A stretch of 64,000 nucleotides of DNA from an uncultured Sphingomonas sp. Its GTDB lineage: Bacteria; Pseudomonadota; Alphaproteobacteria; Sphingomonadales; Sphingomonadaceae. The notes beneath the pieces are model-generated. The model was not told the DNA's origin. It worked only from the letters and a program-made list of their open reading frames with translations, and did no database searches. This document shows, in pieces, positions 10,345-19,274 of the stretch; position 1 is the first letter of the stretch; the number at the start of each line of letters is the position of its first letter. The position numbers were made by a program, and so were the translations under genes. The stretch spans positions 5,904 to 69,903 of the forward strand of contig CAJYRW010000087.1 in assembly GCA_913777475.1 (NCBI GenBank), in the 5' to 3' direction.

Positions 10345-10373
10345 AGGCGGTCTCTTCGGAGGCCGCCTTTTTT
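10345..10373 (+). terminator. Intrinsic terminator of tonB-exbBDD
   Basis: aggcggtctc-ttcg-gaggccgcct followed by a T-tract. Confidence 0.85.
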
Positions 10374-10582
10374 CGTTTTGCGGAATTGAGCCGGAGCACG
10401 CGCCATTCCGCTCCGTTCTGATGGCGACCCAATTTCACCAGCAGCACAGCCTGGACGGCTCCTTCTGCGCGATGGGGTGGATGGAGGGCAGGCTCTCGAT
10501 GGGCTCCTCCAATGGCCGTTTGCCCAGTGAGGAAATGCGGTTGATCTGTCCCTTCATCCCGCATCTTTCGCCGCTTGCACAT

Positions 10583-10622
10583 GTTTCACAAAAGTGACAC
10601 TCTGAAGTCACAAAAATGAAAC
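10583..10622 (+). promoter_or_regulatory. Four heptamers phased at 11 bp (PhoB/OmpR-type site)
   Basis: GTTTCAC-aaaa-GTGACAC-tctg-AAGTCAC-aaaa-ATGAAAC. Confidence 0.45.
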
Positions 10623-10636
10623 ATAGGAGAATGGAT

Positions 10637-10996
10637 ATGCGTGGAGTCGTTTCGGTTTTGCTTGTGGCGGCGGCGGGCATGGCGGCCCCGGCCATGGCCC
10701 AGGACTCGTGGCCGCAGCGCACGGGGTTTCAGGAAATTGCCGCAGGGAATTTCCTGGGTGCAGAGCGAACCTTGCTGGAAGAACGCCGCGCCAATCCGAA
10801 GAGCCCTGAATTGATGCTCAACCTCGCCGCCGTCTATGCAAAGACCGGTCGCGCCGCCGATGCGCGCGCGCTGTATGACGCCGTGCTGCAGGAAAAGCCG
10901 ATCGCGATGGACATGCCCTCGGGCGCGATCCTGTCGTCGCACACCGTGGCCCGCACCGGGCTGCGGCATCTGCCGCAGGCGATCGCCGCGCGGTAA
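10637..10996 (+). CDS. Small exported TPR-like protein
   Basis: AGGAG RBS 7 nt before ATG 10637, signal peptide (AMA-Q), one TPR (PELMLNLAAVYAKTGRAADARALY). Confidence 0.8.
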   Translation: MRGVVSVLLVAAAGMAAPAMAQDSWPQRTGFQEIAAGNFLGAERTLLEERRANPKSPELMLNLAAVYAKTGRAADARALYDAVLQEKPIAMDMPSGAILSSHTVARTGLRHLPQAIAAR

Positions 10997-11000
10997 ATCC

Positions 11001-11185
11001 GAAAGGCAGGTCCAGGCGGCGATACGTCTGGACTTGCCCTCCAGGCAGGGCGCGACCGTCCGGCGTTTACGACGCTCCCAATGGGTTTGATCGCGTCACG
11101 GGTTGATGCCAGCGATCAGGCAGCCAACGCAATCATGTGTCTGGCCCCGGCCAGAGAGTAAGCCGCTCCTATACCTTCCATTCAG
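11001..11185 (-). ncRNA. Probable structured small RNA containing a 21-codon ORF (11116-11181)
   Basis: Intergenic; internal hairpins; terminator stem 11005-11038 followed by TTTC on the minus strand; ORF MEGIGAAYSLAGARHMIALAA. Confidence 0.5.
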
Positions 11186-11244
11186 GACTTCGCCGGGACT
11201 AGCGTTCTGCTAGTGTCAGCCTCGCCCCGCGCGATGCCGTAGCG

Positions 11245-11799
11245 TTACAGGCGCGGCAGCGTCACACCGCGCTGACCCATATATTTGCCCGCCCGGTCGG
11301 CATAGCTCGTCTCGCAGGGCTCGTTGCCCTTCAGGAACAGGAACTGGCACGCGCCTTCATTGGCATAGATTTTCGCCGGCAGCGGCGTGGTGTTGGAGAA
11401 CTCCAGCGTCACATGTCCCTCCCAGCCCGGCTCCAGGGGCGTGACGTTTACGATGATGCCGCAGCGGGCATAGGTCGACTTGCCCAGGCAGATGACCAGC
11501 ACATCGCGCGGCACCCGGAAATATTCGACCGTGCGCGCCAGCGCGAAGCTGTTGGGCGGGATGATGCAGACGTCGGTCTTGCGGTCGACGAAGCTGTTCG
11601 ACGCAAAGTCCTTGGGGTCGACGACGGCACTGTCGACATTGGTGAAGATCTTGAACTCGTCCGCCACCCGCGCGTCATAGCCATAGGAGGACAGGCCATA
11701 GCTGATGCAGCCGTCGCGGCGCTGGTTCTCGACGAATGGTTCGATCATCGCCTGGTTCTGTGCGGCTTCGCGAATCCAGCGGTCGGACAGGATCGACAT
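11245..11799 (-). CDS. dcd: dCTP deaminase
   Basis: [29 protein letters not shown]. Confidence 0.96.
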   Translation of the reverse strand: MSILSDRWIREAAQNQAMIEPFVENQRRDGCISYGLSSYGYDARVADEFKIFTNVDSAVVDPKDFASNSFVDRKTDVCIIPPNSFALARTVEYFRVPRDVLVICLGKSTYARCGIIVNVTPLEPGWEGHVTLEFSNTTPLPAKIYANEGACQFLFLKGNEPCETSYADRAGKYMGQRGVTLPRL

Positions 11800-12115
11800 C
11801 TTCATTCCCTTCAGGTTTGGCCGCTCATCGCCGGATCGCGGGGGGAGGGCAAGCGCCAACCTCCGAAAAGCGGCCTGTGGTCGACGTCACGTCAAGCGGT
11901 ACGATGCTGTCCATGACCAGCATGCCTATCGGGCGCTCTGGGTTCCCGGATCGGGGCGGCGTTGCTGATTGCCCAGGATTCTAAGGGGGGTGGGGTGTGA
12001 TGCGCGGCTGGCACCATTCTTCGCGGTCACTTCACCGGAGAGGTGTCGCGGTTCGTCCAAACCGATGTTGCCTCGATACGCGTCAAGAGAAGAGCTGGCG
12101 GCCTCAGGTGGTTGG

Positions 12116-12302
12116 TTCACGCGAAGTCGCGATGCCGCGAAGAAGAACGATGTTCGCGCGGAGGCGCGGAGACACGGAGGGGGGTATCCGATCGTAAGCG
12201 ATGACCGGTCATCGCCGACGGGCGGGAGCTTTTAATCCCTCTTCTCCGCGCCTCCGCGTCTCCGCATCTCCGCGCGATTCAATCTTAGCGTCTTCGCGTG
12301 AA
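12116..12302. repeat. Long imperfect inverted repeat built from GCGGAG/GCGAAG units
   Basis: ttcacgcgaag..cgcgcggaggcgcggagacacggag pairs with ctccgcgcctccgcgtctccgc..cttcgcgtgaa. Confidence 0.75.
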
Positions 12303-12375
12303 AAATCAGTTGCTGTAACGGCGTGAGCGGCAGGTCATTTGCCACCACCACGGCGCCAAAACTCACGAAGATTAT

Positions 12376-12496
12376 TTCGCGCAGGGGCGCGGAGGACGCA
12401 GAGAGCGCGTAGATGGCCATTGGCAATGGCCAGTTCTCGCTGAAAAGGGAGCTCTAAACTTCTTCTCTGCGTACTCTGCGCCTCTCCGCGCCCCCG
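12376..12496. repeat. Second inverted repeat of the same family
   Basis: ggggcgcggaggacgcagaga pairs with tctctgcgtac..ctccgcgcccc; internal palindrome tggccattg-g-caatggcca. Confidence 0.7.
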
Positions 12497-12504
12497 CAAG
12501 AGGG

Positions 12505-12957
12505 TCAGCCGATCCCCAAGTCCGCCGGGCCGAACGCGTCGGGCAGAAGTTCGGACAAACGATAAGTGCGCACCGCGTCGCCCTCGGCCGCGCCGCAATG
12601 GACGGGCAGGTCGCGGCCGCCCATTTGGGCGGCTTCGTTGATGACCTGACGACAGCGGCCGCAGGGGCTGACCGGGGTGGTGCCGGTCGGTACGCCGTCC
12701 GCGTCCATCGCTCCGCCGATGACGCCGACCGCGACGATCTGACGCAGCCGTCCCGCCGCCGAGGCGGTGGCGATCGCGACGGTTTCGGCGCAGAGCGACA
12801 GGCCGTAGCTGGCATTCTCGAAATTGGCGCCGGTGATGACCGAGCCGTCCTCCATCAACAGCGCCGCGCCGACCGCAAAGCGGCTGTACGGCGCATGGGC
12901 GTTGCGGGCGGCGGCACGGGCGGCGGCAATAAGGGCGTGAGGATCGGTGGCATTCAT
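12505..12957 (-). CDS. cdd: Cytidine deaminase
   Basis: APYSRFAVGAA, NFENASYGLSLCAE, SPCGRCRQ zinc motifs. Confidence 0.95.
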   Translation of the reverse strand: MNATDPHALIAAARAAARNAHAPYSRFAVGAALLMEDGSVITGANFENASYGLSLCAETVAIATASAAGRLRQIVAVGVIGGAMDADGVPTGTTPVSPCGRCRQVINEAAQMGGRDLPVHCGAAEGDAVRTYRLSELLPDAFGPADLGIG

Positions 12958-13628
12958 GGCGTGACGACGTCCCAGTTGACGGGGCCTTCCACCCCCTCGA
13001 CCCGGCGGAAATCGCTGGCACGCCACATGCGCCAGGGGCGCGCGGCATAATCGGGCTTGAACAGATTGCCGACCGACCAGACGGGGCGGGGCAGCGCGGC
13101 GGTGATGCTATATTCCGACTCGAATGCTTTCGACACGCGCAGCATCACCGGCTTGGCGGTGTGGGTCTCGACCATCGCCACGAAGCGGGTCAGGTCGGCG
13201 ACCAGCGTGGCGCGGTCGGGCCGCGCCGTGCAGTCGTCGTGGAAGGACAGGTCGATGGCGGCGGGCAGGGCGTCCCCTGCGCGCGGCACGAAGATGTTGA
13301 AGGCATCGGCCTGCGCGGCGGCGGGCTGGCAGAGAGAATAGATATGGACCGCACCGCGCCGCATCCCGGCTTCGGGCAGCGCGTCCCAATTGCCCTCGAA
13401 CGACGGATCGCGTCGATCGGTGCCCGACGTGGCGACGATATAGGCGAAGTCCGCGCCGTTCGCGCGCAGAGTGCGCCATTCGACCGCAGGCGGGTTTTCG
13501 GGCAGGTCGATACCCTGCAACGGATAATGCTCGGTCGAGGGCTGCCAATGCGTCACCCAGTGCCGCCCGCCCGCGCTGACCGCGCCCAGGGCCAGCAACC
13601 CGGCACCGATTTTCCAGAGAATCGCCAT
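12954..13628 (-). CDS. GH25 family lysozyme-like protein
   Basis: QGID, FAYIVATSG, RRGAVHIY, LPAAID, WRMW; some catalytic positions look degenerate. Confidence 0.8.
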   Translation of the reverse strand: MAILWKIGAGLLALGAVSAGGRHWVTHWQPSTEHYPLQGIDLPENPPAVEWRTLRANGADFAYIVATSGTDRRDPSFEGNWDALPEAGMRRGAVHIYSLCQPAAAQADAFNIFVPRAGDALPAAIDLSFHDDCTARPDRATLVADLTRFVAMVETHTAKPVMLRVSKAFESEYSITAALPRPVWSVGNLFKPDYAARPWRMWRASDFRRVEGVEGPVNWDVVTP

Positions 13629-14110
13629 CAGTTGCGGATATGCAGGACGCAGAGCAGTGTGAAGAGGCGGCGTGCGGTATCGAAATCGACCTCGATCTTG
13701 CCGGTCAACCGCTCCTTCAGCATCTGTGCCGCGTCGTTATGGATACCGCGCCGGGCCATATCGATCGTCTCGATCTGTTGCGGCGTGGACGCGCGGATCG
13801 CCTGGTAATAGCTGTCGCAGATCGCGAAATAATCCTTGATCGGCCGCCGGAACCGCCCGAGCGCCAGCACCAAAGTCTCGATATGCGTCCCGTCCTCGCG
13901 GTGCATATGGATGCCCAGGCGACCTTCCTCGGACTCGAGCTTGATGCGGTAGGGCCCGGCATAGCCATCGGGCTGGGGCCGCTGGGGCGCGAAATAATTT
14001 TCCTCGATCAGGTCGAAGATCGCGATCCGCCGCTCCTGCTCGACATCGGCCGAGCGCCAGCCCAGGCTGCGCTCGTCAAGGTCGATAGAGATGATCCGCG
14101 GATCTGCCAT
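13628..14110 (-). CDS. UPF0262 family protein
   Basis: VEQERRIAIFDLIEEN, KDYFAICDSYYQAIR, IDMARRGIHN. Confidence 0.92.
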   Translation of the reverse strand: MADPRIISIDLDERSLGWRSADVEQERRIAIFDLIEENYFAPQRPQPDGYAGPYRIKLESEEGRLGIHMHREDGTHIETLVLALGRFRRPIKDYFAICDSYYQAIRASTPQQIETIDMARRGIHNDAAQMLKERLTGKIEVDFDTARRLFTLLCVLHIRN

Positions 14111-14207
14111 GGCACCGGGATAGTCGCGAAGCGCGTGCGCCGCAAATCCCGCGCTGATCGACTGAATGCGTTTTCCTCCGGGGCCAGTCCGCGCTAACGC
14201 CGAAGAA

Positions 14208-15701
14208 ATGGCCACCCTAGCATTTCAGAACCCCGCTGCCGCCAACGAGCCGCAGCAGCTTCCCCGCAATATCGAGGCGGAGGCCGCGCTGCTGGGCGCG
14301 ATGATGATCGACAACCGGCTGGCCGACGATCTGGTCGATCGTCTGGACCCGGAGCATTTCTTCGAGCCCGTCCATGGCCGGGTGTTTTCCGCGATCAAGA
14401 ACCTGCGCGCCACCGACATGCTGGCGACGCCCGTCACGCTGCGCCCCATGTTCGAGGCGGACGAGGGGATGAAGGCGCTGGGCGGCCCGTCCTATCTGGC
14501 GCAGCTGACCGGCTCGGGTGCGGGCCTGATCGGCGCGCGGCAGTTCGCGACGCAGATCTATGACCTGGCGATGTTGCGCGCGCTGGTGACGGTCGGGCGG
14601 ACGCTGGTCGACCGGGCGATGGACACTTCGGAAGAGGTGAACCCGCGCGCGCAGATCGAGCTGGCGGAGAACGAGCTGTTCAAGGTCGCGGCCGATGGCG
14701 GCTCCGAGAATGCGGTGAAGAGCTTCTCCCAGGCCACCACCATGGCGGTCAAGAATGCCGAGCGCGCGCTGAACTCCGGCGGCCATGTCTCGGGCATCAC
14801 CACGGGTCTAGACTCGGTCAATGCCAAGATCGGCGGTATGCACCGGTCCGACTTGATGATCCTGGCGGGCCGTCCGGGCATGGGTAAGACCTCGCTGGCG
14901 ACCAACATCGCGTTCAACGCCGCGCGCCGCTGGATGCGCGACATGCAGGACGGCATCCCGCCCTCCGAGTCGGTCGGCGCCAAGGTCGCGTTCTTCAGCC
15001 TCGAAATGTCGGCCGACCAGCTGGCGACGCGTATCCTGGCCGAGCAGTCCGGCATCAGCTCCGAAGCGCTGCGCATGGGCAAGATCAGCCGCAACGAGTT
15101 CGCGCAGCTGGCCGCCGCCGCCGCCGAGCTGGAGCAGTTGCCGCTGTTCATCGACGATACCGGCGGCCTGACCATCTCCGCGCTGCACACCCGCGTCCGG
15201 CGTTTGCAGCGACGGCTGAACAACGAACTGGGTCTGGTCGTGGTCGACTATCTCCAGCTGCTGACCGGATCGGGCAAGTCGTCCGAGGGCAACCGCGTGC
15301 AGGAAATCTCGGAGATTTCGCGCGGTCTGAAGACGCTGGCCAAGGACATGAACGTGCCGGTGCTGGCGCTGTCGCAGCTGAGCCGTGCGGTCGAACAGCG
15401 CGAGGACAAGCGGCCGATGCTGTCCGACCTTCGCGAATCGGGCTCGATCGAGCAGGACGCCGACATGGTCTGGTTCGTGTTCCGCGAAGACTATTACATG
15501 ATGCAGCGCGAGCCGAAGCGCCCGATGGAAGGCGACGACGGCAAGGTCTTCGAGGACCACGCCAAATGGGCGACCGAGGTGGAGCGGGTCTATGGCCTGG
15601 CCGAGCTTATCGTCGCCAAGCAACGCCACGGTGCGACCGGCAAGGTGGTGATGAAGTTCGACCCGACGATCACGCGCTTTACCGACTTCGCGGGCTATTG
15701 A
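14208..15701 (+). CDS. dnaB: Replicative DNA helicase
   Basis: PRNIEAEAALLG, AGRPGMGKT, VDYLQL, LSQLSR, DLRESGSIEQDAD; no intein. Confidence 0.98.
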   Translation: MATLAFQNPAAANEPQQLPRNIEAEAALLGAMMIDNRLADDLVDRLDPEHFFEPVHGRVFSAIKNLRATDMLATPVTLRPMFEADEGMKALGGPSYLAQLTGSGAGLIGARQFATQIYDLAMLRALVTVGRTLVDRAMDTSEEVNPRAQIELAENELFKVAADGGSENAVKSFSQATTMAVKNAERALNSGGHVSGITTGLDSVNAKIGGMHRSDLMILAGRPGMGKTSLATNIAFNAARRWMRDMQDGIPPSESVGAKVAFFSLEMSADQLATRILAEQSGISSEALRMGKISRNEFAQLAAAAAELEQLPLFIDDTGGLTISALHTRVRRLQRRLNNELGLVVVDYLQLLTGSGKSSEGNRVQEISEISRGLKTLAKDMNVPVLALSQLSRAVEQREDKRPMLSDLRESGSIEQDADMVWFVFREDYYMMQREPKRPMEGDDGKVFEDHAKWATEVERVYGLAELIVAKQRHGATGKVVMKFDPTITRFTDFAGY

Positions 15702-15767
15702 GACCGCTGGGACCGTTCGTGCCGTACGAATGGTCCCAGTAGAATACGTCCTAACCTCGGCGCTCCG

Positions 15768-16346
15768 TCAGGCAGGCTGGTAGATTTGCGCCACCGCTCC
15801 GCCGGGAAAGGCGATCGCCTCGGCCAGATGCAGTGCGAGTGGCGAGTCGAGGTCGGAAAACAGCGCTTCGCCACGTCCCAACGCCACCGGCACGACCAGC
15901 AGAGCAAACCGATCCACCAGCCCATGTGCGATTAGGCTGCGCGCGAAGCGGACCCCGCCATGCGCGATGATCGGACCGCCCAGCTCGGCCTTGAGGGCGG
16001 CGATCTCCTCTCCCAGGTCGCCGCTGGCGACATAGGCATTGGCCCAGCTCTCGCCGTCTGGCGGCAGGGTTGCCGCGTCCGGTGCGATCTCGTCACCCTC
16101 GCGCGAGAACACGGCCTTCGGGATCGCGTTCATCGGCGCGGCAAAGGCATCGGTCGATCCCGGCCAGTGGCCCGCCATCGCATGAAAGGTCTCGCGCCCC
16201 ATGATGTGCAGACCGGCTTGGCCAAGATAGCCGACACTCCAGGCCTTGGCGGCCGGGTCCTGTCCGAACATCCAGCGATTGTCGCCATCGGCGGCACTGA
16301 CGAAGCCATCGAGCGACATCGTCATCTTCAGGATCAGTTCGCGCAT
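15768..16346 (-). CDS. Dihydrofolate reductase / RibD C-terminal family protein
   Basis: MSLDGF, MGRETF, PKAVFS, GG..FARSL..GLVD, PVALG.G..LF; GGAGG RBS. Confidence 0.88.
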   Translation of the reverse strand: MRELILKMTMSLDGFVSAADGDNRWMFGQDPAAKAWSVGYLGQAGLHIMGRETFHAMAGHWPGSTDAFAAPMNAIPKAVFSREGDEIAPDAATLPPDGESWANAYVASGDLGEEIAALKAELGGPIIAHGGVRFARSLIAHGLVDRFALLVVPVALGRGEALFSDLDSPLALHLAEAIAFPGGAVAQIYQPA

Positions 16347-16411
16347 GGGCACCTCCGTTCGGGAGGTGAAACGGCCAGCGTTACCGGTGTATCCCGGCGT
16401 TCCGTTCGATC

Positions 16412-16798
16412 TCAGTCCCGCGGCGACAGCAGCCAGGCGCGTGCCGCGTCCTTGCAGGTGAAGAATCGAAATTCCCCATGGTCCAGATTGGCCCGCGTCG
16501 CCTGAAATTTCGTCAGCGCACCCTTGGTATAGACCGCGACTCGGCCAGAACGGACCGCCGGAGCCTCCATCATCTGCATGAAGGCCGCGACCACCTCCTG
16601 GCTCTGGACCATGGCATGGGAATAGTCGCACAGGCTGACCGGCATGCGGCCGGTCGCGCGAATCCGGTGAATGGTCTGCTCCAGCGCGGAGCGGAATTCG
16701 GCGATGTCGTCCATGCTCCAGAAGCCGCGAGTAACGACCTCGAAATAGCCAAGCCCGAGGTCGAGCGTGATGTCGAACAAGGGATTTTGGTTCGTCAT
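16412..16798 (-). CDS. Hypothetical protein (STAS/SEC14- or SpoIIAA-like)
   Basis: GFWS..D, CD....VQSQEV and C-terminal F....AARAWL pattern. Confidence 0.7.
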   Translation of the reverse strand: MTNQNPLFDITLDLGLGYFEVVTRGFWSMDDIAEFRSALEQTIHRIRATGRMPVSLCDYSHAMVQSQEVVAAFMQMMEAPAVRSGRVAVYTKGALTKFQATRANLDHGEFRFFTCKDAARAWLLSPRD

Positions 16799-16975
16799 GT
16801 CCTATCCATGGCAGGGTGCGATTAAAGGAGGGTGAAACGGATAGGGTTTTACTCGACCGCTTCCGGGGCGGGCACCGGGCTCAGCCCCCGAAATCGTTGC
16901 CAGGGCACGGCATAGCCATGGACTCTGGCAGGCTGCGTAACGCATCCTGTAATCTGGGTTAAGGCGGGGGCGGGC

Positions 16976-18076
16976 ATGGACGAAGGTTTGCGGACGGCGA
17001 TCGAGGGGGCCTATGCGGCTGCAGTCGATGACGGACGATGGGCCGATTGGACGTGGCAGACCGCCTCGATGCTCGGCGGAGCGTGCGGTGCCTTTCATGT
17101 GGTCGAGGCACCCGGGGTCATTCGGCACCAGCAGATATTGCTCAAGGACCCGGCACCGCTCGAACGTTATGTCGCCGAGGATATTGGCCGCCTCGATCCG
17201 CAGCTTTCCTATGTGGCGCGCTTGCGCCGCGCAAAGGTCTTTACCGATACGGATCATGCGGACCGCAATGATCCGGCCACACGCGAATATTTCGCGTGGC
17301 AGGCCGCGAACGGCAAGCTGCAACATTATCTGACCGCGGCCGTGCCGCTGGACGGCGGGCGTATCTGTGCCGGTCTGTCCGTTCACCGCCATGTCGAGGA
17401 CGGGGCCACGACAACGGAGGCGCGCCGCCGTCTGGAGATGCTGTTGCCCGACATCCAACGGGCGCTCGAACTCGGCTTCGTTCACGCCGCCAAGCTGACC
17501 CATGCCTATTGGGATGGCCTGCTGACCCGGCGAATCGAGCCATGTCTGCTGCTCAGTGAGCGGGGAACTGTGTTGCGGGCCACGCCGCCCATGGAGGCTT
17601 TGCTCCGTCATGGCGATGGTTTGCGATGCAGGCACGGGCGGCTGACCTGTGGCGGCGGTATCGCCGATGCGGTGCTCGATCGGTTCATCGGGCTGGCGAC
17701 GACGGGCGTACGCGCGCCGGGCACCTGTCGCATCGATCGCCCGTCGGGCAAGTCGGCCTATATCCTGAACGCCTATCCCCTGCACGGACCGGCGCGCCCG
17801 ATGGCCCCGCTGGAGGCCGTCGCGATCGTCACCCTGATCGACCCCGACACCGCACCACAGGCATCGTCGGAGCGGTGGCAACAGGCGTTCGGGCTGACCC
17901 GGCGGGAGAGGGATCTGGCCGAACAGCTGGTCGCGGGCCATTCGCTGGAGACGGCGGCGAACAGCCTTGAGATGAGCGTGTCGACCGCACGCGTCCATCT
18001 GCGCCACATCTTTTCCAAGACCTATACGGGACGTCAGGCCGAACTGATCCAGCTGCTCGCGCGGATCGGGGCCTGA
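16976..18076 (+). CDS. LuxR-family HTH regulator with N-terminal sensor/PAS-like region
   Basis: FGLTRRE..LA..L..G.S..AA..L..S.STARVHLRHIFSKT...RQAEL. Confidence 0.88.
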   Translation: MDEGLRTAIEGAYAAAVDDGRWADWTWQTASMLGGACGAFHVVEAPGVIRHQQILLKDPAPLERYVAEDIGRLDPQLSYVARLRRAKVFTDTDHADRNDPATREYFAWQAANGKLQHYLTAAVPLDGGRICAGLSVHRHVEDGATTTEARRRLEMLLPDIQRALELGFVHAAKLTHAYWDGLLTRRIEPCLLLSERGTVLRATPPMEALLRHGDGLRCRHGRLTCGGGIADAVLDRFIGLATTGVRAPGTCRIDRPSGKSAYILNAYPLHGPARPMAPLEAVAIVTLIDPDTAPQASSERWQQAFGLTRRERDLAEQLVAGHSLETAANSLEMSVSTARVHLRHIFSKTYTGRQAELIQLLARIGA

Positions 18077-18085
18077 CCCGCCGCT

Positions 18086-18823
18086 TCAGGATGCCGCGAT
18101 CGGCCGGTGTATCCCGCATTCCACCTTGTCGAAGCCGCGCCAGCGTCCGGCGCGCGGGTCTTCACCGGGCTTGACGATGCTGGTGCAGGGTGCGCAGCCG
18201 ATCGACAGATAGCCTTGCGCCTCCAGCGGATGGCGCGGCAGGTCATGGCGTTCGAAATAGCCGTCCAGTGCCACCTTGTCCCAATCCGCTAGCGGATTGA
18301 GCTTCAGCCGTCCCTCTTCGACCTCGAACCGGGGCAGCGCGCGGCGGGTGCCCGCCTGAAAGCCCTTGCGGCCCGAAATCCAGGCCTCGAACGGGGCGAG
18401 GCCGCGCGCCAGCGGTTCGACCTTGCGCAGGTCGCAGCAGCCGTCGGGGTCATAGCCGTGGCGAATGCCGTCGGGGTCCTTGGCGGCCAGCAGCGCGGGG
18501 TCCGGCTGGATGACGCGGACATCGAGCAGCCCCAGCCGTTCGACCAGCGTGTCGCGATAGGCCAGCGTCTCGGGAAACATCTTCAGCGTGTCGGTGAAGA
18601 CCACCGGCGTCGCCGGATCGGCCTGTGCGACCATGTGCAACAGCACGGCGGACTCGGCACCGAAGGACGACACCGCCGCGATCTGCCCGCGCAACTCGCC
18701 GGTCAGCAGTGTGCGCAGCATGTCCGGCGCGGCCACACCGGCAAACCGCGCTTCATACGCCGCGGCATCCTCTGCCGTGTAAGTGGGGCGCACGTCGATC
18801 CGGTCGAGCGCGCGCTCAGCCAT
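18086..18823 (-). CDS. cysH: PAPS/APS reductase
   Basis: SSFGAES, CCDLRKVEPL, YLSIGCAPCT, RAGRW, ECGIH (Fe-S APS reductase type). Confidence 0.95.
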   Translation of the reverse strand: MAERALDRIDVRPTYTAEDAAAYEARFAGVAAPDMLRTLLTGELRGQIAAVSSFGAESAVLLHMVAQADPATPVVFTDTLKMFPETLAYRDTLVERLGLLDVRVIQPDPALLAAKDPDGIRHGYDPDGCCDLRKVEPLARGLAPFEAWISGRKGFQAGTRRALPRFEVEEGRLKLNPLADWDKVALDGYFERHDLPRHPLEAQGYLSIGCAPCTSIVKPGEDPRAGRWRGFDKVECGIHRPIAAS

Positions 18824-19274
18824 GGCGCAGCTTCCACACCGGCACGCGCGCGTCGGCGGCCTTCTGATAGGGCTGGGGGTAGAGCGCGAGCAGCTTGGTC
18901 AGCGTGGCGGCGTCGACCGGCTTTTCCGGCGCGAAACTGTCGAAGCCGCAGCGGCGCATGGGCGGGATCTGGTCGACCAGTACATCGCCTGCCGCGCGCA
19001 ACTCGCCCTCGAACCCCGCCTCGCGCAGGATGCGCGCCGCCGAATAGCCGCGCCCGTCGCGAAAGGTCGGGAAGCTGATCTCGACTAAGGCTATCTGGCC
19101 CAGATGCGGCAGGAGTTCGCGCGCATCGTCGCCCGCCTCCAGCCGGACGGCGGTGGCATTGGTCTGGCCCAGGAACGCGTCGAGCGTCACCGCCGGTTCG
19201 TCATGCACCACATCGTCGCGGAAACGCAGCAGTGTTGCGCCCGCATCGGTGTTCACGGTGATGGGATCAACCAT
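18816..19274 (-). CDS. DUF934 family protein
   Basis: FPTFRDGRGYS.AR.LR, ELRAAGDVLVDQ, RCGFDSF. Confidence 0.9.
   Translation of the reverse strand: MVDPITVNTDAGATLLRFRDDVVHDEPAVTLDAFLGQTNATAVRLEAGDDARELLPHLGQIALVEISFPTFRDGRGYSAARILREAGFEGELRAAGDVLVDQIPPMRRCGFDSFAPEKPVDAATLTKLLALYPQPYQKAADARVPVWKLRHG

Noticed and set aside
11001-11200. tmRNA, suggested by the ALAA-ending ORF
   Set aside because: No tRNA-like domain (T-loop, CCA acceptor) and no ANDN-type resume sequence.
11860-12115. ORFs 11926-12120 and 11969-12235
   Set aside because: No codon bias, RBS or motif; probably non-coding or decayed sequence.
12116-12496. CRISPR array
   Set aside because: The repeats are inverted and degenerate, with no constant repeat-spacer period and no cas genes.
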